25,170 nucleotides of DNA from a virus (taxonomy: Duplodnaviria > Caudoviricetes). Both the position numbers and the translations under genes were made by a program. A model generated the notes under the pieces. That model was given only the letters and a program-made list of their open reading frames with translations, made no database searches and had not been told where the DNA came from. The stretch spans positions 1 through 25,170 of the IMG/VR virus record IMGVR_UViG_3300020440_001398; one strand, given 5' to 3'. Each line of letters opens with the position of its first letter. The stretch's first letter is position 1. Below, piece by piece: positions 7,175-17,217 of the stretch.

Positions 7175-10100
7175 ATGGCAAAACAAGATATTAATATTGG
7201 TGTAGAGGGTAATGATGGTACTGGCGATAGTATTAGAGAATCGTTTCGTAAAACCAATGAAAACTTTCAAGAACTGTATGCAGTTTTTGGAGTTGGTGGA
7301 CAAATTACATTTACAACGCTAAGTGACACACCAGATGAACTTACACCTAACACAATACCATTAGTAAATGATGCAGGGACATTAATTAATTTAGTTACAC
7401 TAGCATCAAATAGTGCATTGGGTGGAGGAGCAACAGATACAATTACATTTAGTTATGATACAGCAGGCAAACTAATTATTTCTAGCTCGTTTACAAAAAT
7501 GAGTGATGACCTAAGTCCTACTCTAGGTGGCCCATTAGATGCAGGTGGTTTTGGTATTGCAAACGTTGGCATAAGCACAGCAGAAGCAGAACGTCTTAAC
7601 ACTACACACGATAATCTATCAGGACTTACAATTGACGATTTAGTAATTACCAAAGGATATGCAGACCAAAGATACATAACATCTGGATTGCCATTACGAG
7701 TAGCAAATGAACCAGCCGGTAAATTGCATTACACTTGGGAAATTAGTCAATATGTAAATGATAGTATAGAAATTATAAGCCATTACAATGTAGCTCAGGG
7801 CTTAGTAGCAGGTGGCCATGGTTTAGAAAGTGGGCAAAACGGAACTGCTGTTGTGTTTAATGCTGAAGATACTGATCCCAATAACTTAGTATCAGGCACA
7901 ACATATTATCTAAGAGTTGTTACACCCACAAGAATATACTTGTATACAGAAGCAAATAAAGCATATGCAACGACAGACGTACAAGCAGATGCAGATACAT
8001 TTAAAATTAACCCTTCAGGTACTATTGCAACAGATGACACGCATACAATAGTAGATGCAGCATTAGATATTACACTAGCAGGCAACTTCTTATCTGATAC
8101 TAGTATGCCAAGGAATTCTACTGTACGTAGACAAGGTGATACAATGACCGGTGAGTTGTATCTAAATGATCACCCAGGCGAACTAGCAGGAGAAGGCGCA
8201 CCTAATGGTCCTGAAGATTTACAAGCTGCAACAAAATACTATGTAGACAACACTGCATACAGTTCACCAGAAGTATTATTTGTTAGCACACAAGGCAACG
8301 ACTTAATGAGTGGTGTGCCAGCAGGTAAAGAAGGTACATCATTAACATATGCATTTAGAACAATTAATAAAGCAGCCGAACGTGCTGAAGAATTAGTAAG
8401 AAGTGCTCGAAAAGAGCCGGGCAACTACATGCAAACACTAACACACTCTGGTTTTACAAAAGATAGTGTTGTTATAAATTCTGACGTAGATGTACCTGTT
8501 TACGAACAAGCAAGGAATCTCTTAGATAGGAACACAGATTACATTGCTGCAGAAGTAGTTGGTTTTATTAATAAAACTTTTCCTGACTTTGCTTATAATT
8601 CTGCAACATGTGCTAGAGATACAAAGTTAATAATTAATGCTATTGCCCTGGATATCAACAGAGGACTTACAGCAAATTATCTTACAAGACAAGCTGCTGA
8701 AAGTTACTTTTCCGGTGTTAGTGCAAGGTTAGCAATTACAACACAATTAACTCAAACTGTTGCAGGTATTGTAGCAGCAAGGGACATATCAACCGCTTTA
8801 TTGACAAACGATTTATACAATCAAAAAAATATCAGCAATATAACAGTCGCAGCGATTCCTGTAGTAACAACTACCACTGCACACGGACTAGTTGATAAAG
8901 ACATTGTTGTGTTTAGAGACATAAAAGGTATGATTGAAATTGTCAATAATACTAAAAAATATGTTAGAGTTACAGGCACACAAACATTTGAACTTTACAA
9001 TGATAAAGATCTCACTACACCATTTGATACATCGACATTCACTGGATTTACATCAGGTATACTTGGTCAAGTATTCCAGACAGAAGAAGATCAGTTTTTA
9101 GATCTCGGCACAATTTTTACAATTACTACAGCAGGAAATGTAACTGTTTTTGCTGGAGAAACACTTACACAAGCAGGTAGTGGAGCAACAGGCGTTGTAC
9201 AAACATCCGTAACTAACGGCACAACAATAAAATTAGAACAAACTACAGGAACTTTCAATACAGGTAATAATTTCACTGGATCAATAAGCGGTGCATTAGG
9301 ACCTGATAGTGTTCCTACAGTTATTGCAAATGACTTTGATGCTGATGCAAATGCTATAGCCGCAATCCAAGATAAATTTGACTTAGTAAACACAATAATA
9401 CAAAACGGATTAGACGCAGGTGGAGATATTGTATATGGAAGTACATATAAAATTGTTGTAACAAATGGTGCAGCTTCTTATACAGATCAAACGTTTCCTA
9501 GCAACACTGATGCATTACCAGGTAAAGTGATAAGAGGTAAACGATCTGAAGCTATCGGACAAATTGTTAGTTTCACTAACGATGTAGGTGCAGAAGCAGC
9601 AACTGACCCACAGACGGGTGCAAGTGAACCTGGACCCACAGTATTCCAAGTACACTTGTTAAGTGCAAAAGATTTTGAACCTGAAGAGCCGCTAGAGTAT
9701 GGTAACATAGTTGCTAGAAAGCAAGTTACTATTATGGTTGAAACAGGTATATATGAAGAAGACTATCCTATTAGGTTGTCTAACAATGTATCACTTAAAG
9801 GTGATGAGTTCAGACGTGTAATTATCAAACCTAAAACAGAAACAGATTCAAGAGTACCTAGAGTATCGCAAAGTAAATGGGCAAACTTGTATTTCTACAG
9901 GGATAATACATTTGATGGATTAACTATTAACAACGGTGGTACACCATTCTTTAACCAAGACGGGATATCGCAAGGTAAATTTGGTTACCATTATCTAGCA
10001 GAAGGCGGTAAACCATTAAATCTAGGACCTACAGTTACAAACGTAGGCGGTTATACAACTGCAAGTAATATTATTTTAGAAAACAAAGATTACATTATTG

Positions 10101-13100
10101 AAGAAACTATTAGATTTATAAGTGATAGGTTTCCTGAATTAACTTATTCTCAAGCTAAATGTAGACGAGACACAGCGTTAATAGTAGACGCAATAGTTAA
10201 AGATCTAAAAGATGGCGGCGAAGTCATGACCCTAGAAGTACAAGGATCATATCATTCGTTACTGACAAACGGAGATTATCTTACACAATTAGGTGATAGT
10301 TCACAAGAAATTGCAACCGAAGCCGCAATTGATAACATCAGTACACTTTCAAATGCATTGTTGTCAGGTGTTGCTCCAAACTATACTGTAGTAGATGCAC
10401 AATTTACACCTACTGATGCAACATATGATCCTCTTACAGGTGTTTTAGTTGCAACAATAGGCACACATAGTTTATCTGTAGGACAATATATTGAAATTGA
10501 ACTTAATGGATTTACGTTCACTTGTGCATCAGATGGAAACGTAACACCAGTTACTTTTCCTAGAGCAACAGATCCAGCATTCCAAACTAAACTAGAAATA
10601 ACTGCAAAAACTGCAACAACTATTACAGTTAATGTAGGAACTTCATCTGAAACATCAGCACACACTTTTGTCAGTGCAGCAACCAACGCAATAACATTTG
10701 GTGAATACACAGCAGGTGCGGCAGCAGTTATTGCAGCTGAGCCGGTTGATATTTCGCTAGGTGCAGGTGAATCAGGAACAGCGGCAGTAGTCGGTCAATT
10801 AATTGACAAAATAACTTTTGTATTTGATCCCCAATATAATCCACCTAAACGTAATGATGCACTAGATGTATTTTTGATGAGTGATGCTACAATTATTCGT
10901 AACGTAACTGTGCAAGGTCACGGTGGCTTTATGTGTGTACTAGATCCGCAAGGACAGGTTCTTACTAAATCACCCTACATTCAAACAGCATCTAGTTTCT
11001 CAAAGAGTATAAACAAAAAAACTTTTGCTGGCGGCATGTATGTTGATGCTTATGTAGGTAACTTACCTACAAGAATTACAGGCCAACCAGAGACAGCAGA
11101 TAAATTTAAACTTACTGTACAAAGTAATCCAGGTGAAGGACTAAGGCTGCGTCCACCTGAACTACCTTGTCCTTTCTATGTTGAAGGAAGACGGTATCAG
11201 GTAAATGCTATATCAGATTATGATCAGGGACAAGGTACTGCCACAATTTATCTAGATGCTAACAGTAATAAAGGTGACGGATATGATGTAGAACAATTTG
11301 ACGATTCAAGTGTTGAAAGAGATATTTTCTTACAGACAGCTGGTAACAGATCAATGCTAGCCAATGACTTTACACAGATTAATGATTTAGGCTACGGCTT
11401 AATTGCTAACAATGCTGCATTCTCAGAACAAGTGTCAACATTTACATACTACTGTCAAACAGCTATGTATGCTAATAATGGTTCTGAAATTAGAGGACTT
11501 AACTGCTCTAATGGCTACGGTAACTTTGGTTTGATTGCTGAAGGTGCTGATCCTAACGAAATTCCGGATCAAGTTACACTTAAAAATGATATGGTACAAC
11601 CAGCAAAAGCATTTACTACAGGAACATTTGCTAACGCATTAGACGATCCTAGTATCACAGTTACAGATCTAAAAACTCCGCCTTCTGCGAACAGTTTGAT
11701 TACGATTGATCATGGTGGTGCAACGGGTACATTAAATTATGTTGTTTCTACAGTTACAAATCTAAGTGACGTTGACGGTGACGGAATATCAGGAGAAGCC
11801 GGAGATGTAATTGTTACTGGTGTTAGTGCTTTAGACAACGGGACACTAGCAGGGACAACAGCATCTCTAGGAACATTCGGCGGAATTGCAACAAACAATA
11901 CAGGATCTGGTACTGGACTTACAGTAGATGTAACTATTACAGGAGTTGGTGCAATAGGCGGCTCAGGAGCGGCAGTTGTAGCTATATCAACACCCGGTAG
12001 TGGATACTCCACAAGTGATACTATTACAATCAGTGGTAGTAACTTAGGAGGCAGTTCTCCTACTAATGATTTAACAATTAATGTAAGTACAATTTTTGGA
12101 ACTGTAGCTGGTGTACACAATAACTTTGTTTATAAATTAGATCTTAAAGCAGATGATGTAAGTGCAGACGACTTTTTTGGAACACTTCAAGCAACGGTTG
12201 CTAACAATACAATTATTGAATATAGAGATAGTTTTAATTTTATATTTGATAGTGTAGGTGATCCAACAGGACTTGTTACTAGACCAAGTACAGCAATTAA
12301 CTTTGATGAAAGCGATAACACAACCTATAGAAGTATTGCATTCAGTAATAAAGATAGTTTTAGTCAAGACTTAGCATCAGATGAAATTTTAACAACATTT
12401 GAAGCTGGCTTCGATTTTGTACAATTAGCAGTAAAAACAGATCAACTAAGTGGTGGTTACGGATCAGCACAAGGTGATACAAAATTAGCAATAGCTCAAT
12501 TAACATCTAGTGATTTAAATATATTCGACGATACTGAAAGAGTTACACGAGACAGTTCAACACAAGCAGGACTATATCCAGGAGATCCAGGTTACAGTGC
12601 CACAGGTGGTATGCGTTTCTTATGGGACGGTAAAACACATGGTATAACAAATTATACACCTGTTGCAGAATTTACACTAACTGGTAGTGTGAGTGTAACA
12701 GCAGGTGAAACTATTACACAAGCTACTACAGGTGCTACTGGTGTTGTACATGCTAGTGTATCTAGTAATACGATAGAATTAGAAAATGTAACAGGAACTT
12801 TTAACACCTCAGATCAATTGACAGGATCAACCAGTGGAGCATTAGGTGCTAATAGTGTACCCACTACAATCAACCTGACTAGTTGGGCATATATTAATTT
12901 TGTTGACATTGCTGGTACAAATATTAATAGTGGTTATAGTGGCGCCGGATTAAACAGTGCGATTCCTGCAGCTGAAAGAACACTATCAGCAGGATTAGCA
13001 AGTGGTGCTACAAGCGAAATCACAGTAAGTATTTCACTTATGAGAGCAACTGGACACGATTTTACACAAATTGGTACAGGATCTTTTAACGATAGTAACT

Positions 13101-15703
13101 ATCCAAACGTTATTTTAGGACAGCCTGTAAACTCTCTAGCAGACTTTTACACAGATTCAGAAACGGCTAGTACTGCTCAGGTATGGGAAAGACGTAAAGG
13201 GCGAGTGTTCTTTGTGAGCACGGATCAGAACGGTTTCTTCCGAGTTGGTAAATTCTTTAGTGTGGACCAAGCAACTGGTGATATTACATTTGCTGGTGAA
13301 ATTGGTCTTTCTAATGCAAACGCACTTGGCTTTAAGAAAGGTGTTACAATTAATGAATTCTCAGCAGACGATAGCTTTGCAGACGATTCAGGACAAGCTG
13401 TTCCAACAGAAAAAGCCATCGGCGGATACATAAACAGAATATTAGGATTTAATGTCAAATCAGGCGCACAAATTACAAGTAGTGGAAATAGAATTGGTAC
13501 AGGATTTCTTCCTCTGAATGGACTCAGTCCAATGGAAGGTAACTTAAATTTAAATTCAAACAAGATTCAAAATCTAGGATTACCTGCAAGTGGAAGCGAT
13601 GCTACAAATAAAAATTATGTTGACGATAACGCTAACGCATTTGCTACAGTAAAACAGATGCGTGATACAACTTTAGGTACAGTTGGTCAAAATGAACTAG
13701 TAGTATTCAGCGGCAAACAGATTTTGTATACTGAACCTGAAACAGGCGGAACGTTTTCTGCGGGTAACACTATACAAAATGATCCTAGCACTCCAACTGC
13801 AACAGGCACTATTGTTGAAATAACAACTGTTACTGATGAACAGTTTGGAAGCATTAGAAAAATTGTTTATACTGTCGGGACAGGAACTTTTGATCCTGAC
13901 AGCGATACTATATATAACGGAGTTGCACAGGCAGTAGGATTGACTACTGCACTACAAGCAGATGTAGGTGGTCCGTTCCCGGAGATTGCAAACGCAACAG
14001 AAGCAACAGCAAGCGATGTAAATGTTACTATTACAAGAACCGCTTTAGGTACAGAATATAATTTACAAATCGAATCTGATGCTATTATAAATGCTGATGT
14101 GAATTCAAGTGCAGCTATCGCACAAAGTAAACTGGCAATGAACACGGCAGGCACAAGAGCCAATGCTACAGGAATTAGTCAAAGTGATTTAGGTGTTGCA
14201 ACATTTAAGGACACAGAGTTTACTCATACAAATGGATTTGTAGAATTACAAACTAGTTCAAGTGGTGCAACTGGTATAGCACCTAGCAAACTACAACACA
14301 TTGCAACTGATAGTGTACTAGGTAGAAGTGCTGCAGGATCAGGAGCGGTAAGTGCAATAACATTTGATACAATTTTATCAGAAGGTGGCGCGGTTAGAGA
14401 CAGTGAACTAGGTGCTTTTGCAAATAGTGGAGATGAAGTTCTAATCAGAACAGCGGCTGCAACATATAGTACTATTGAAGTTACTACAACTGGTGAAAAT
14501 AGTAAGATTGTAAAAACACAATCAGATGGTAATATTAGAGCGCAAGGATTAATACTAGGTGGTGCTGATACATATGAAGTTGCAACAACAACTGGTACTG
14601 GTACAACACTAACCTTAAAAACACCAGGACAGGCTGTAATACTTAATGCTACAGGAACAACGAGTGCATCTCTTGTTACTGAATTTCCAGGTATTATCGA
14701 TGTAGGTAGTACAGGACAAACTACTGAAAGTAACTTCCAAACTGCTAGTAGTTATACAGGAGAAGGTTTTGTATCAACTGATTGGTTGTACAGTAACTTT
14801 ATTGAAGCCTTAACTGAGAGAAATGCTACAAGTACAGGTATTGGTCTTGGAGCAGGTGGCGGATTTACTGAAAGTGCAGCAAATACAATAGTATTTGTCA
14901 CTAACGGTACTGTTGAAGCAACAATTAATGACTCAGGTATTCAAGCTGATAATATATCAAGTTTAACTTCAGATACTGACCTTAATCTAAACGGTAATGG
15001 AACAGGTAATGTTAATATTACTGACAGTTTAGATGTTGACACAATTACTGCATACAGTGGCACAAACACTTTATTGACACTACAAGGAAAAGGAACTCAG
15101 GGTGTTTATGTAAATAGTTCATTGACAGTTGAAGGCACATCAGTATTACGTGGTAGCATTACCTTAGGTAATGCAACTTCAAGAACAGTAACATTCAACG
15201 CAAGAGCAAATAGTGATTTTGAACCAGACGCAACAGCAAATAATAGGAACATAGGTAACTCAGCCAGAAAATGGAACACAGTATATGCAAGTGTGTTTGA
15301 TGGAACTGCAACTTCAGCACAATACGCTGACTTGGCAGAGAACTATCTAGCAGACGCAGACTATGAAGAAGGTACTGTACTAGTATTTGGTGGTGACGAA
15401 GAAGTAACACAAACAAATACAAAAGGCAACACAAGAGTTGCTGGAGTTGTTTCGACTAATCCTGCACATTTAATGAATTCAAATCTTGAAGGTGAGTATG
15501 TTACAGCATTAGCACTACAAGGTCGTGTACCATGTAAGGTACTAGGACGGGTAGCCAAAGGCGACATGCTGGTTACAGCAAGTATTCCAGGTTATGCAAT
15601 AGTAAACAATTCACCAGGTGTTGGACAAGTCATAGGTAAAGCAGTAGGTGCTAAACAAGATGACGGCAAAGGCACAGTTGAAGTTGTGGTAGGGAGAGTA
15701 TAA
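7175..15703 (+). CDS. Giant (2842 aa) tail fibre / baseplate-attached virion protein
   Basis: N-terminus MAKQDINIGVEGNDGTGDSIRESFRKTNENFQELY matches the T4 gp9/gp10 N-terminal motif. Gly/Thr/Ser-rich beta repeats and ATKxYVD fibre motifs. C-terminal YADLAENY...VAGVVS...LQGRVPCKV...KGDMLV domain resembles a Peptidase_G2-type intramolecular chaperone. Confidence 0.8.
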   Translation: MAKQDINIGVEGNDGTGDSIRESFRKTNENFQELYAVFGVGGQITFTTLSDTPDELTPNTIPLVNDAGTLINLVTLASNSALGGGATDTITFSYDTAGKLIISSSFTKMSDDLSPTLGGPLDAGGFGIANVGISTAEAERLNTTHDNLSGLTIDDLVITKGYADQRYITSGLPLRVANEPAGKLHYTWEISQYVNDSIEIISHYNVAQGLVAGGHGLESGQNGTAVVFNAEDTDPNNLVSGTTYYLRVVTPTRIYLYTEANKAYATTDVQADADTFKINPSGTIATDDTHTIVDAALDITLAGNFLSDTSMPRNSTVRRQGDTMTGELYLNDHPGELAGEGAPNGPEDLQAATKYYVDNTAYSSPEVLFVSTQGNDLMSGVPAGKEGTSLTYAFRTINKAAERAEELVRSARKEPGNYMQTLTHSGFTKDSVVINSDVDVPVYEQARNLLDRNTDYIAAEVVGFINKTFPDFAYNSATCARDTKLIINAIALDINRGLTANYLTRQAAESYFSGVSARLAITTQLTQTVAGIVAARDISTALLTNDLYNQKNISNITVAAIPVVTTTTAHGLVDKDIVVFRDIKGMIEIVNNTKKYVRVTGTQTFELYNDKDLTTPFDTSTFTGFTSGILGQVFQTEEDQFLDLGTIFTITTAGNVTVFAGETLTQAGSGATGVVQTSVTNGTTIKLEQTTGTFNTGNNFTGSISGALGPDSVPTVIANDFDADANAIAAIQDKFDLVNTIIQNGLDAGGDIVYGSTYKIVVTNGAASYTDQTFPSNTDALPGKVIRGKRSEAIGQIVSFTNDVGAEAATDPQTGASEPGPTVFQVHLLSAKDFEPEEPLEYGNIVARKQVTIMVETGIYEEDYPIRLSNNVSLKGDEFRRVIIKPKTETDSRVPRVSQSKWANLYFYRDNTFDGLTINNGGTPFFNQDGISQGKFGYHYLAEGGKPLNLGPTVTNVGGYTTASNIILENKDYIIEETIRFISDRFPELTYSQAKCRRDTALIVDAIVKDLKDGGEVMTLEVQGSYHSLLTNGDYLTQLGDSSQEIATEAAIDNISTLSNALLSGVAPNYTVVDAQFTPTDATYDPLTGVLVATIGTHSLSVGQYIEIELNGFTFTCASDGNVTPVTFPRATDPAFQTKLEITAKTATTITVNVGTSSETSAHTFVSAATNAITFGEYTAGAAAVIAAEPVDISLGAGESGTAAVVGQLIDKITFVFDPQYNPPKRNDALDVFLMSDATIIRNVTVQGHGGFMCVLDPQGQVLTKSPYIQTASSFSKSINKKTFAGGMYVDAYVGNLPTRITGQPETADKFKLTVQSNPGEGLRLRPPELPCPFYVEGRRYQVNAISDYDQGQGTATIYLDANSNKGDGYDVEQFDDSSVERDIFLQTAGNRSMLANDFTQINDLGYGLIANNAAFSEQVSTFTYYCQTAMYANNGSEIRGLNCSNGYGNFGLIAEGADPNEIPDQVTLKNDMVQPAKAFTTGTFANALDDPSITVTDLKTPPSANSLITIDHGGATGTLNYVVSTVTNLSDVDGDGISGEAGDVIVTGVSALDNGTLAGTTASLGTFGGIATNNTGSGTGLTVDVTITGVGAIGGSGAAVVAISTPGSGYSTSDTITISGSNLGGSSPTNDLTINVSTIFGTVAGVHNNFVYKLDLKADDVSADDFFGTLQATVANNTIIEYRDSFNFIFDSVGDPTGLVTRPSTAINFDESDNTTYRSIAFSNKDSFSQDLASDEILTTFEAGFDFVQLAVKTDQLSGGYGSAQGDTKLAIAQLTSSDLNIFDDTERVTRDSSTQAGLYPGDPGYSATGGMRFLWDGKTHGITNYTPVAEFTLTGSVSVTAGETITQATTGATGVVHASVSSNTIELENVTGTFNTSDQLTGSTSGALGANSVPTTINLTSWAYINFVDIAGTNINSGYSGAGLNSAIPAAERTLSAGLASGATSEITVSISLMRATGHDFTQIGTGSFNDSNYPNVILGQPVNSLADFYTDSETASTAQVWERRKGRVFFVSTDQNGFFRVGKFFSVDQATGDITFAGEIGLSNANALGFKKGVTINEFSADDSFADDSGQAVPTEKAIGGYINRILGFNVKSGAQITSSGNRIGTGFLPLNGLSPMEGNLNLNSNKIQNLGLPASGSDATNKNYVDDNANAFATVKQMRDTTLGTVGQNELVVFSGKQILYTEPETGGTFSAGNTIQNDPSTPTATGTIVEITTVTDEQFGSIRKIVYTVGTGTFDPDSDTIYNGVAQAVGLTTALQADVGGPFPEIANATEATASDVNVTITRTALGTEYNLQIESDAIINADVNSSAAIAQSKLAMNTAGTRANATGISQSDLGVATFKDTEFTHTNGFVELQTSSSGATGIAPSKLQHIATDSVLGRSAAGSGAVSAITFDTILSEGGAVRDSELGAFANSGDEVLIRTAAATYSTIEVTTTGENSKIVKTQSDGNIRAQGLILGGADTYEVATTTGTGTTLTLKTPGQAVILNATGTTSASLVTEFPGIIDVGSTGQTTESNFQTASSYTGEGFVSTDWLYSNFIEALTERNATSTGIGLGAGGGFTESAANTIVFVTNGTVEATINDSGIQADNISSLTSDTDLNLNGNGTGNVNITDSLDVDTITAYSGTNTLLTLQGKGTQGVYVNSSLTVEGTSVLRGSITLGNATSRTVTFNARANSDFEPDATANNRNIGNSARKWNTVYASVFDGTATSAQYADLAENYLADADYEEGTVLVFGGDEEVTQTNTKGNTRVAGVVSTNPAHLMNSNLEGEYVTALALQGRVPCKVLGRVAKGDMLVTASIPGYAIVNNSPGVGQVIGKAVGAKQDDGKGTVEVVVGRV
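9125..12875 (+). repeat. Internal duplicated ~65-aa domain in the giant protein (copies at about 9125-9325 and 12670-12875)
   Basis: AGETLTQAGSGATGVVQTSV...IKLEQTTGTFNTGNNFTGSISGALGPDSVPT vs AGETITQATTGATGVVHASV...IELENVTGTFNTSDQLTGSTSGALGANSVPT. Confidence 0.8.
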
Positions 15704-16245
15704 TGGCAAAGCAAATTGTAAACATTGGTTCCAGCGTAAACAAAGGAGACGGTGATCCACTACGCACAGCATTTGATAAAATAAATGATAATTTTGATGA
15801 ACTGTATGCGGCAACTACACTAGACCTAGACAGTATAGGATCTAACATGATACCTACTACTGACGGGACATTTGCTCTTGGAAGTGCGTCTAAACAATGG
15901 AGTGACCTATATGTAAAAGATTTTGTTTATATTGGCAATGCTAGACTACAAGCAGATGCCCAAGGTAACCTAGTTGTCAACGGAGCAAGCATAAAAGTAG
16001 ACGGTGATGTTACAGGAAGTATTTTTGGAGACGATAGTACATTACTTGTAGATGCTGTTAATAATAAGATTGTCGGATCTGCTGAACCTACTAGTTTTAA
16101 AGCCCCAATGTTAACACAGGCAGAAATAGATGCATTAACGGTAGCAGAAGGTTTATTCGTTTACAACACTACAACAGGAAAATTCCAAGGCTATGCGGCA
16201 GATGCTAATAATGATAGTACAGCTGGATGGGCTGATTTACACTAA
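15703..16245 (+). CDS. Short tail/baseplate protein with gp9/gp10-like N-terminus
   Basis: MAKQIVNIGSSVNKGDGDPLRTAFDKINDNFDELY. Shares GSIFGDDSTLLVD and YNTTTGKFQGY modules with the next gene. TAATG coupling with the upstream gene. Confidence 0.75.
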   Translation: MAKQIVNIGSSVNKGDGDPLRTAFDKINDNFDELYAATTLDLDSIGSNMIPTTDGTFALGSASKQWSDLYVKDFVYIGNARLQADAQGNLVVNGASIKVDGDVTGSIFGDDSTLLVDAVNNKIVGSAEPTSFKAPMLTQAEIDALTVAEGLFVYNTTTGKFQGYAADANNDSTAGWADLH

Positions 16246-17217
16246 ATATACATATAGGAAAAGAAAATGGCAGTTAGATATCCGCTAGTAATAGACACAA
16301 CAGATAATAATAAGATTAAAGAACTACCGTTAAATGATAGTTTAAATCTTAGCACAAATAGTATTGTAAACGCTGTCAACATAACAGCCAGTGGAACATT
16401 GACTGTTGCAAACTTAGTGGTTGATAGCAATAGTGTATCAATCAATGGCAACCCTATAGCAACTGTTGCACTAACAAACAGTTATACAGATTTAAGTAAT
16501 AAACCTTCATTGTTTGATGGACAGTATAGTTCACTCACAGGACGTCCTACTATAGTATCAACAACTGAAGACTTAGCAGACGTATCAAGCACACAAGCAA
16601 CAAATGGACAAGCATTAATTTATAATTCTACAAGCGGAGTATACGAGCCTGGAAGTATAGCAGATGCTGCTTTAGACTTAACAAGCCAAAGTATTTCAGA
16701 ACTAGCTGATGTTGCAGTAATCAGTATAGCCACTAACCAAGTGTTAAAATGGACAGGTGCGACATTCGCTAACAGTAATATTGCCTTCGGCGAACTTACA
16801 GGTACGCCTACTACGCTTTCAGGTTATGGCATAACAAATGCATATACAAAAGCAGAAGTTGACGCACAAATATCTGCTCCCCCAGGAGACCTAAAAGGAT
16901 CAGTGTTTGGTGATGATAGTACTTTATTAGTAGATGGCGTCAATTCTAAACTAGTTGGTCCTATTGATACTAACGGTGGACAGGCAAGATTTTCTTCACT
17001 GGTCAACCAATATAGTGATTTAGCTGATATAAGTCCTGTAACATATCACGGTATGATAGTCCATGTACACAGCGAAGGTGCTTGGTATGGAGCTCATGCA
17101 GGCGGATGGTATAAAATTGCAGATGTTGTAAACAGCCTTGCAGGAGACCTAAAGGGCAGTGTTTTTGCAGATGACAGTACAATACTTGTTGATGCAGTCA
17201 ATGGAAAAATTGTTGGT
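16003..17217 (+). repeat. Three copies of the GD(L/V)xGS(V/I)F(G/A)DDSTxLVDxVNxKxVG module (16003-16077, 16885-16959, 17143-17217)
   Basis: Direct comparison of translations. Nucleotide copies differ mainly at synonymous positions. Confidence 0.85.
16243..16248 (+). promoter_or_regulatory. Late-type promoter TAAATA overlapping a stop codon
   Basis: CTAAATATACATATAGGAA closely parallels GATAAATATACATAAGGAG at 20440. Confidence 0.55.
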
